64,000 nt of DNA from Elusimicrobiaceae bacterium (GTDB taxonomy: Bacteria > Elusimicrobiota > Elusimicrobia > Elusimicrobiales > Elusimicrobiaceae), in contig JBGUOO010000041.1 in assembly GCA_045129775.1 (NCBI GenBank), forward strand, positions 1,545 to 65,544, in the 5' to 3' direction. This document shows, in pieces, positions 9,601-17,177 of the stretch; the stretch's first letter is position 1, and each line of letters starts with the position of its first letter. The translations under genes were made by a program, and so were the position numbers. The notes under the pieces are model-generated. The model ran no database searches. It worked only from the letters and a program-made list of their open reading frames with translations, and was not told where the DNA came from.

Positions 9601-9882
9601 CTGTTTTTGGAACCGTACGAAGAATACGGGGTAGCTTGAAATTTCAAGCACCGCACTACTCCAAAGACAGCCGAAATTAAGACGCAAAATGAACGGATTA
9701 ATTACCCGGTTGTTTTGCGTCGAATGTTTGCCACGCAAGTGGTAAACTACGGCTGTTGTATGGAGTACCGTAGTGCGGACTCTTGTATAGTCAGCCGTTT
9801 TTGTTGGTTTCATAAGCAGAAAATTGAAAATGTAAGTCAGGTGTAAACCTGACAATATAAGGAGAAAAACTTATGAAATCAA
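9601..9882 (+). ncRNA. Structured pilin leader, copy A (candidate cis-regulatory RNA)
   Basis: P1 9601-9610/9661-9670; P2 CCGTA-CGAAGAA-TACGG; terminator 9749-9802; start-codon hairpin 9804-9816/9870-9882. Confidence 0.85.
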
Positions 9883-10487
9883 GAAATGTAAGCTTATTAG
9901 ACAACCCCTCACCACGGTGCTGGCGCACTCGTCCTCTCCCACAAGGGGCGAGGAGTATAACCCGCGGGTTTACCCTTATTGAGCTGTTAGTCGTCGTACT
10001 AATTATCGGAATTTTGGCCGCGGTGGCGGTGCCGCAGTATAAACAGGCCGTACTCAAAAGCCGTATGAGTACCATGATGGCCAACGTTAAAACTATCGTC
10101 AATGCACTGGAAGTATATTATTTAGCCCATGGAGAATATCCCAATGATGATGTGACAGCATTAGATATTGAAATCGGCAATTGTTCTTCCGTGGGTAATG
10201 GCACATTTAATTGTACCCACGAAAGCTATGATTACCAGGGGGAATCTTCAAACGCAGTAGGTGGTTTCTTAAAAAACAACAATGGCCTAGCTTATTTACA
10301 ATATCCTTTACATGATATGAATACTGCCAAACAAGGAACCCGTGAATGTTGGGCGGACATAAACAATACGGCAGCTAATAATGTATGCAAATCGTTAGGA
10401 GGCACCCCAAATGGTACCTCTAGCTGGCGAAAAGAAAAGAAACAGAATCATACCACGGGTAACTGGACCATTTATAAACTTCCCTAA
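9873..10487 (+). CDS. Type IV pilin (PilE-like) with a palindromic insertion in the leader peptide
   Basis: G|FTLIELLVVVLIIGILAAVAVPQYK; SD AAGGAG. Confidence 0.92.
   Translation: MKSRNVSLLDNPSPRCWRTRPLPQGARSITRGFTLIELLVVVLIIGILAAVAVPQYKQAVLKSRMSTMMANVKTIVNALEVYYLAHGEYPNDDVTALDIEIGNCSSVGNGTFNCTHESYDYQGESSNAVGGFLKNNNGLAYLQYPLHDMNTAKQGTRECWADINNTAANNVCKSLGGTPNGTSSWRKEKKQNHTTGNWTIYKLP
9905..9953. repeat. BoxC/REP-like palindrome, in-frame inside the prepilin leader
   Basis: Matches 48322-48370 except at 2 positions; encodes PSPRCWRTRPLPQGAR. Confidence 0.85.
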
Positions 10488-10537
10488 TCCGGGTTATTAT
10501 GTTGGGGCCGCGTGGGATAAAATGCTAAAATATAGGT

Positions 10538-11221
10538 ATGAACGAAATTCCCCAACATATTGCCATTATTATGGACGGAAACGGACGCTGGGCCAAACAG
10601 CGCAGTCTGCCGCGCCTGGCGGGACATCGCGAGGGAGCTAACGCCGTCAAACGCACCATTGAGGCCGCCGCTGAGTTGGGCATTAAATTTATTACCTTGT
10701 ATGCGTTTTCCACCGAAAACTGGGCCCGCCCGCAAGACGAAATTGACGGACTCATGGACCTGTTGTGCAAAACGCTGGACACCTACACCGGCGAGGCCGG
10801 CAAAAAAAATTACCGTTTGCTGGTTAGCGGCGCACGCGGAAAACTCCCCCCCGCCGTATTGGAAAAAATAGACAAGGCCGTGAATAGCACCGCTAAAAAT
10901 ACGGGCCTTACCGTCAATTTGGCGCTGAACTACGGCGCGCGGCAGGAAATTGTGCACGCCGTTAATACCCTTATCGCGCAAGGCAAAAAAGAAATTTCTA
11001 TGGAAGACATTGCCGCCCATTTGTATCAACCCAGTGTGCCGGACCCGGAACTCATCATCCGCACGTCGGGCGAGGAGCGGCTTTCCAACTTCCTCTTATG
11101 GCAAGCCGCGTATAGCGAGTTTTATTTTACCCCCGTGTTGTGGCCCGATTTTAACGCCCAAGAACTGCAAAAAGCCTTAGATGCGTACGCCCAGCGCACG
11201 CGGCGCTTTGGGGGCGTATGA
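10538..11221 (+). CDS. uppS: Undecaprenyl diphosphate synthase (isoprenyl transferase)
   Basis: HIAIIMDGNGRWA, YAFSTENW, DPELIIRTSGEERLSNFLLWQ. Confidence 0.97.
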   Translation: MNEIPQHIAIIMDGNGRWAKQRSLPRLAGHREGANAVKRTIEAAAELGIKFITLYAFSTENWARPQDEIDGLMDLLCKTLDTYTGEAGKKNYRLLVSGARGKLPPAVLEKIDKAVNSTAKNTGLTVNLALNYGARQEIVHAVNTLIAQGKKEISMEDIAAHLYQPSVPDPELIIRTSGEERLSNFLLWQAAYSEFYFTPVLWPDFNAQELQKALDAYAQRTRRFGGV

Positions 11222-11922
11222 GCCACCCCACTGCTGCCGAAATTGTATGCCAAATTAAGGCGCTTTCTTCCCCCGCGTTTAAAACACAAATGCAAAAACG
11301 CTTTGGCATTAACACACAGTTTGCCGTCGGTACACCCGTCACACAGTTGCGTAAGTTAGCTAAAACACTTGCCAAGCCGGACCAACCCCTGGCCGGTGAG
11401 CTGTGGGCCAGCGGTATCCACGAGGCACGCATTTTGGCTTCTATGCTGGCCGACCCAGCTAAAATGACGCGCGAACAACTGAACACTTGGGTAAAAGATT
11501 TAAACTCGTGGGATATTTGCGATGCGTGTGCGCTTAATTTATTTTCAAAAGTAAAAAACCAACTTATCTTGGCCGAGCGCTGGATGCGCAAAGAAGAAGA
11601 ATTTGTCCGCCGCGCCGGGTTTGCCACGCTGGCGGTGCTGGCTATGCCGCGCGCCAAAACCGCCGACAAAGATTTAATTAAAATGCTCCCTTTTATTAAA
11701 AACCACGCCGCGGACCCGCGCCCCATGGTGTTTAAGGCCGTCAACTGGGCGCTACGCAACATTGGCAAAAAAAACCCGCACTTAACGCCTTATGCCATTG
11801 GATGTGCCCACGAAATTTTAGATTTGTACCCGGACAACCGCAACGCCGTGTGGGTAGCCAAAAATGCGCTGTGGGAGTTAAACTCCCCCAAGATTAAAAA
11901 GATGATTGCCGGGCGAAAGTAG
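11218..11922 (+). CDS. DNA alkylation repair protein (AlkD-like HEAT-repeat)
   Basis: SWDICD, VFKAVNWALRNIGKK; ATGA overlap with uppS. Confidence 0.85.
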   Translation: MSHPTAAEIVCQIKALSSPAFKTQMQKRFGINTQFAVGTPVTQLRKLAKTLAKPDQPLAGELWASGIHEARILASMLADPAKMTREQLNTWVKDLNSWDICDACALNLFSKVKNQLILAERWMRKEEEFVRRAGFATLAVLAMPRAKTADKDLIKMLPFIKNHAADPRPMVFKAVNWALRNIGKKNPHLTPYAIGCAHEILDLYPDNRNAVWVAKNALWELNSPKIKKMIAGRK

Positions 11923-11929
11923 AACAATC

Positions 11930-12400
11930 CTAGAACTTAATGGAGTTTTTGAACTGCTTTTCCATGTCGCGGTTGAGATCTTTTTTCTTCAAAGATTCGC
12001 GCTTATCGTAAGTATGTTTACCCTTGGCAAGTGCCAGTTTTAGTTTGGCCCAACCGTTTTTAAAATAGACTTCCAGCGGCACCAAAGCGTAACCTTTGAT
12101 TTGAGATTTACTTTCCAACTTGCGCAGTTCTTTTTTAGTCAGTAACAGCCGGCGCGGGCGCGTCGGGTCCAGCTCTGCCAAAGAATTGAATTTATAGGGT
12201 TTTATATGCATTTGATAGACGCGCGCTTGGCCGTTTTCCACACGCACAAAGCTCCCCTCCAGACTCAGCTCTTTTTGACGCAACGATTTGACTTCGGCGC
12301 CTAAAAGCTCCAGCCCGGCTTGGTACGTGTCTTCTACAAAATAGTCGTGGTAGGCCTTGCGGTTGGTGCACACGATTAAAATACTTTCCTTCTTCGGCAT
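11930..12400 (-). CDS. smpB: SsrA-binding protein
   Basis: NRKAYHDY, AGLELLGAEVKSLR, LAKGKHTYDKR. Confidence 0.97.
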   Translation of the reverse strand: MPKKESILIVCTNRKAYHDYFVEDTYQAGLELLGAEVKSLRQKELSLEGSFVRVENGQARVYQMHIKPYKFNSLAELDPTRPRRLLLTKKELRKLESKSQIKGYALVPLEVYFKNGWAKLKLALAKGKHTYDKRESLKKKDLNRDMEKQFKNSIKF

Positions 12401-12457
12401 GAGTATATTATAGCAAAATGCTACAAGCCCCCTCTAAAAGTAGTAAAATATAAGTAT

Positions 12458-13840
12458 ATGATTATCAATGACGAACAATTAAATAAAGCCCTGGAAAAAG
12501 GGAACTCTTATACCGAAGCGGACGTGGCCCGCATTTTGGCCAAAGCCCGCGAACTTAAAGGCATTTCGTTAGAAGATGCCGCCGTTTTACTTAACTTAAA
12601 AGACCGCAACTTGCTAGACCAACTGTTTGACACGGCAAAATACGTTAAAGAAGCCATTTACGGCAACCGCATTGTGCTGTTTGCGCCGCTGTATATTTCT
12701 AACATTTGCACGAATGAATGCGTGTATTGTGCGTTTCGCAAATCCAACACCGCACTTAAACGCCACGCCAGCACGCGCGAGGAAATCCACCAAGAAGTTA
12801 CCGCCCTACTGCAACAAGGCCACAAACGTATTTTAATGGTGGCCGGTGAGGCTTATCCCGGCGGAGGTTTGCAATATGTGTATGACAGCGTAGCCGCCAT
12901 TTACGAAACCCGTTGGAACGGCCAAAATATCCGCCGCGTAAACGTGAATATCGCCCCGCTGACGATCCCCGAATTTGAAGCCCTTAAAAAGTGCAACATT
13001 GGCACGTATCAGCTGTTCCAAGAAACGTACCACAAAGAAACGTACGAAAAGCTGCACCTGGCGGGCGCGAAGAAAGATTACCAGTTCCGCTTAGACGCGA
13101 TGGACCGCGCTTTGCAGGCCGGTATTAACGACGTGGGTATCGGGCCGCTACTGGGCCTGTATGACCATAAATACGAGATTTTGGCTACGCTTATGCACTC
13201 GTGGTATTTAGACGAGAAATACGGCGTAGGGCCGCATACCATTTCCATTCCGCGTATTGAGCCCGCTGAGGGAAGTGACTTTAGCCAACACCCCAACGAC
13301 GTACTGACCGACGACGAATTTAAACAATGTATTGCCGTCTTGCGCTTGGCCGTGCCTTATACGGGTATTATTTTAAGCACGCGCGAAAGCCCCGCCATGC
13401 GTAATGCGTGTTTGGAGTTAGGCGTATCGCAAATTTCGGCCGCGTCGCGCGTAAACCCGGGCGGATACTCTTACGATAAAGACAACGGTAGCCAATTTAC
13501 GCTGACCGATGAGCGTACACTTGCGCAAGTGATTGACGCGGTGGTGGACGCCAAGCACATGCCGTCTTTCTGTACGGGATGCTACCGCTTGGGGCGCGTT
13601 GGCAAAGATTTTATGGATATGGCTAAGCCGGGGCTTATTAAAACCCACTGCTTGCCTAACGCCATGTTTACGTTTGCCGAGTATTTAGAGGACTTTGCCC
13701 CCGCCCCCCTCAAGGCCAAGGGGTATGCGCTTATTGAAAGTACCGCCAAAGACGCATTTGCCGAGGGCACGCCGATCCGCAAGCTGATTGACGAGAATTT
13801 GGCAAAAATTAAAGCCGGCAAAAGAGATTTGTACTTCTAG
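12458..13840 (+). CDS. hydG: [FeFe]-hydrogenase H-cluster radical SAM maturase HydG
   Basis: CxxxCxxC (CTNECVYC), FQETYH, C-terminal auxiliary-cluster motif SFCTGCY...C, GKRDLYF end. Confidence 0.9.
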   Translation: MIINDEQLNKALEKGNSYTEADVARILAKARELKGISLEDAAVLLNLKDRNLLDQLFDTAKYVKEAIYGNRIVLFAPLYISNICTNECVYCAFRKSNTALKRHASTREEIHQEVTALLQQGHKRILMVAGEAYPGGGLQYVYDSVAAIYETRWNGQNIRRVNVNIAPLTIPEFEALKKCNIGTYQLFQETYHKETYEKLHLAGAKKDYQFRLDAMDRALQAGINDVGIGPLLGLYDHKYEILATLMHSWYLDEKYGVGPHTISIPRIEPAEGSDFSQHPNDVLTDDEFKQCIAVLRLAVPYTGIILSTRESPAMRNACLELGVSQISAASRVNPGGYSYDKDNGSQFTLTDERTLAQVIDAVVDAKHMPSFCTGCYRLGRVGKDFMDMAKPGLIKTHCLPNAMFTFAEYLEDFAPAPLKAKGYALIESTAKDAFAEGTPIRKLIDENLAKIKAGKRDLYF

Positions 13841-13916
13841 CCGGGAAGCGCGTTTCCTCATGATTTCCCCCGCCCTGCGGGGGATTTTTATGGGATGTTT
13901 GTGTCCGCCGTTTATA

Positions 13917-13954
13917 TAAAAAAACTCCCCCGGCTAAGCCGGGGGAGAAGTTTT
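13917..13954. terminator. Terminator between hydG and the convergent porin gene
   Basis: CTCCCCCGGC / GCCGGGGGAG hairpin flanked by A/T runs. Confidence 0.8.
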
Positions 13955-13967
13955 ATCTAATGTGGAA

Positions 13968-15182
13968 TTAGAATTTGATTAACATGCCCAGTTGACCTTT
14001 GACGTTGTCAGAGCCCAAGCGATCTTTGCTATAGGCGGTAAGATAACCATTGGTCTTGGTATATTTGGCATAACCAATACCGGCAAACAGTTCCACATAT
14101 TCGTTGTGGGCATATTTGGCGGTTAAGTCAGCTTCCAAGGTGGCCGAGTGGTCAAAGCGGTGATCTTGGAATGTATAGCCATCCAAGGCGAAGGTCCATT
14201 TTTCAAACGGTTTAAAATCAAAACCGAGGTTGAACATACCTACTCCGTCGTTGCTATAATTATAAATGTTACCACCTAAGCGGTGACCCACTAACAAGCC
14301 GGGAGTATAGTTGCCAAGTGCAAAAAAGTTATCATTGGCATACAAGAAAGTACCGCGGGCGGTTACTTTGTTCATGTCTAAAGCCAAGTCGGCTTTCAAC
14401 ATGTGGCCGGTGCCTTTGTGTTCTTTGATTAAGCGTTTACCGCCAAAGTTGCGGGCATATTCCACGCCGGCGCGGAAAGCTTCCACATCTGCGGCCAATT
14501 TGGCACCGTAGAAACCAGCATCGTCATCGCCGTTTAAATCACGCACATCATAGCCATATACTTGGGCTTTTACGGCGTCGGTTAAGTTTAATTTCAAATC
14601 AGCACCATATACGTCAAAGGTTCTAGTTACGCCACCCGTATAAGGAGCAGCCAAGGCCGTATTATTGGAACGACCACCGATTAAGGTGAAGGCTTTGAAA
14701 TCATCGGCATAGACCAATTTGGCGGCATCTAACGAGCGGACATAACCGTTAAATTCGGCGTTGTAGTGGTTGGGGCCAAAATACATGACGGCGCTGTCTT
14801 CATCACCGTAGAATTGGCGGCCGACCGTTACGTCAAACGCGCAGAACAGGTTATGCAACACCACATTGGCGTTCACTAAGCGGATGTTGTCTTCATAATT
14901 TTGCATCGTTCTGCCAGCGGCTTCATCTTGTCCCCATTCGTTAGCATATTGGAACAATAAGTTAGCGGTTACATCTTCCACCAAATCGGCAGATAAACCC
15001 GCTAATACACGAGCAGTGGTACCCGTATTATAGGTTCTAGCACCCGCTACGTCAATGTTATTCGTTCTTACATCAGAGGCGATGGTTTGAATTTCGCCGA
15101 TTACTTCCACATTTTTGAGTACAGTTGCGCCAGCAGGCCAAGACATCGCAATGGCGAGCAGCACGCCTAGTAATTTCTTCAT
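13968..15182 (-). CDS. Outer-membrane beta-barrel (porin-like) protein
   Basis: Signal peptide, alternating amphipathic beta segments, C-terminal Phe (QLGMLIKF); SD AGGAGG. Confidence 0.8.
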   Translation of the reverse strand: MKKLLGVLLAIAMSWPAGATVLKNVEVIGEIQTIASDVRTNNIDVAGARTYNTGTTARVLAGLSADLVEDVTANLLFQYANEWGQDEAAGRTMQNYEDNIRLVNANVVLHNLFCAFDVTVGRQFYGDEDSAVMYFGPNHYNAEFNGYVRSLDAAKLVYADDFKAFTLIGGRSNNTALAAPYTGGVTRTFDVYGADLKLNLTDAVKAQVYGYDVRDLNGDDDAGFYGAKLAADVEAFRAGVEYARNFGGKRLIKEHKGTGHMLKADLALDMNKVTARGTFLYANDNFFALGNYTPGLLVGHRLGGNIYNYSNDGVGMFNLGFDFKPFEKWTFALDGYTFQDHRFDHSATLEADLTAKYAHNEYVELFAGIGYAKYTKTNGYLTAYSKDRLGSDNVKGQLGMLIKF

Positions 15183-15393
15183 GGATACTCCTCCTGTTTA
15201 ATATATACTCCCTACATTTCTATTAAAACTCATTTGCGCAACCGCGTGCAAGTTTTTTTTTAAATAGGGCTTGACACAAAACTTTTTAAGTAGTATTCTA
15301 TTACGCTTTTAAAAATTTATTGTTATTTTCCCGACGAAAAACTCCCCTGCTTAACCGGCAGGGGAGTTATGGTTTTTTGAAAAAAGCACCTAT

Positions 15394-17031
15394 TTATTTT
15401 TTATCTTTACGTACCCGTTTGGCGGCTAAAAAGGTACGCTCTACCGCTTTGTCTTCCGCAATTTGTTGCTCGGCGGCGGCCTTAGCGGCCGCTTTTTCGG
15501 CTTTTTTGGCGGCCTTGGCCGCGCGCGCCGCAGCGGCACGTTCCATACACGCTTGCTTACCTACCAAGGCACGCAAGTTTTTACGCGTGGTTTTGTTAAT
15601 CACTTTGCGGAAACACCACAACGCCCATATATTAGGGATGGTCATCATGGTCATGGTCAAAATGACAAGCGCCCACATAAAACGCGTGGACATATTAGCC
15701 TCGGCCGTGCGTAACACGGACTGACCGACAAATAAATCCGTGGAGAAACTCGTACCGATGACCCCCCCCGCAAATACCAAGAGAATAAATAACACGCGCG
15801 AGGGTTTAATAAGGGCATTGGACCCTTTGCACAAAAACTGCAAAGATTTTTCGGTATAATATCCCCAACCGATAATGGTGGTGAACGAAAAAATCACCAG
15901 CGAGAACACCAAAATCGGCGTACCGATATAAGGTACCGTTTTAAAGGCACTGTTGCACAGGTTGGCGGCATAGACGTTGGGGTTGGTGTAATCCCCCGCC
16001 AGCACAATCACAATACCCGTTAAACTGCAAATGAAAATAGCCCAAAATACCGACGTGGCTGACACAATAGCCATTTGCGTGGCACTGCGCGTACGCGCGG
16101 CGGCCGCGGCCATAGAGGCACTACCTAACCCGGCTTCGGTAGCCAGTACGGCACGGGTTACCCCCGCCGTTACACCGGGGATCATGGCCTGCACGAAAGC
16201 CAAAATGCCAATCCCCATAGCACCGCCCGCGGCGGCTTTGCCCGTAAAAGCCCCTTTAAGCACAATCATAATTGCACCCGGAATGTGCGAAAAATTCATA
16301 ATAATGACGATAATGGCAATGAGTAAATACAAGCTGCCCATAATCGGCACCAGCCATTCGGAATAAGAGGCAATACGTTTGACGCCGCCCAAAATAACAA
16401 TGGCCGCCGCAAACGATACAAACAACGCCACATACCACGGGTTTAAGTTGTAACCTTCGCGCAAGGCGTCGGCAATGGAGTTGGTTTGCAACGCACTGCC
16501 CGCCGTAAGCCCCATTAAAAGAGTACCCACCGCAAAAGTAATGCCCAACCATTTAAATTTTAAAATGTTAGACAAATAATACATGGGGCCACCCACGTAT
16601 TCGCCGTCTGCCAAACGCACACGGTATTTGAAGGCCACCATACATTCGCTATACTTAATAGCAAAGTTGAAAAACCCGGCTACCACCATCCAAAACAGGG
16701 CGCCCGGGCCGCCTTCGGCTACGGCGGTAGTCACGCCGATAATACTGCCCGTTCCTACCGTGGCACCAATCATCACAGCCAGCGAGCCAAAACTGCTGAC
16801 CATGCCTTCACTTTCGGCCTTGGCTACGGAAAGTTTCATAGCGGGCCAAGTATATTTTTGGATAAAACGAAGTTTGACCGTGAAATAAATCCCCAAGAAC
16901 AAGAGCAGGAAAATCATCGGCGGGCCCCAAATCAGGGCGTTAAAACCATTCATTACGTCGTAAATACTTTGTAAAGACGGCTCGTGAAACAGCGCTGTAA
17001 AGGCGCCGGCAAGTTGATTTAATGCGTCCAT
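15394..17031 (-). CDS. Alanine/glycine:cation symporter (AlsT/AgcS family)
   Basis: GATVGTGSIIGV, GGPGALFWM, GGPMYYL, GGVKRIA, EAGLGSA; Ala/Lys-rich tail. Confidence 0.92.
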   Translation of the reverse strand: MDALNQLAGAFTALFHEPSLQSIYDVMNGFNALIWGPPMIFLLLFLGIYFTVKLRFIQKYTWPAMKLSVAKAESEGMVSSFGSLAVMIGATVGTGSIIGVTTAVAEGGPGALFWMVVAGFFNFAIKYSECMVAFKYRVRLADGEYVGGPMYYLSNILKFKWLGITFAVGTLLMGLTAGSALQTNSIADALREGYNLNPWYVALFVSFAAAIVILGGVKRIASYSEWLVPIMGSLYLLIAIIVIIMNFSHIPGAIMIVLKGAFTGKAAAGGAMGIGILAFVQAMIPGVTAGVTRAVLATEAGLGSASMAAAAARTRSATQMAIVSATSVFWAIFICSLTGIVIVLAGDYTNPNVYAANLCNSAFKTVPYIGTPILVFSLVIFSFTTIIGWGYYTEKSLQFLCKGSNALIKPSRVLFILLVFAGGVIGTSFSTDLFVGQSVLRTAEANMSTRFMWALVILTMTMMTIPNIWALWCFRKVINKTTRKNLRALVGKQACMERAAAARAAKAAKKAEKAAAKAAAEQQIAEDKAVERTFLAAKRVRKDKK

Positions 17032-17177
17032 AACAGACGTGTATTCCTCCTAAACGGTGTACCTCGTTATTTTACAAAATTTGCCAAGGGACGCACAGCT
17101 ATTTTTTAAAAGGGCCCACCCGCTATGTAGGTCTTTTGCCCCTGTTAAATAAATGTAATTTGTGTTACGCTATAAGT

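Noticed and set aside
9605-9617. T-box riboswitch (TGGAACCG resembles the UGGNACC bulge)
   Set aside because: The motif is at the 5' end and paired in P1, copy F lacks one G, and there is no Stem I, specifier loop or AG box. The downstream genes are pilins.
9681-9690. c-di-GMP-I riboswitch (GACGCAAA in copy A)
   Set aside because: Present in one copy only, as part of P4. The GGCAAAC/GNRA-receptor architecture is missing. Rfam cmscan would settle it.
15440-15545. Ala/Lys-rich repeat at the symporter C-terminus
   Set aside because: A low-complexity helical tail with no DNA-level periodic repeat; not evidence of a separate element.
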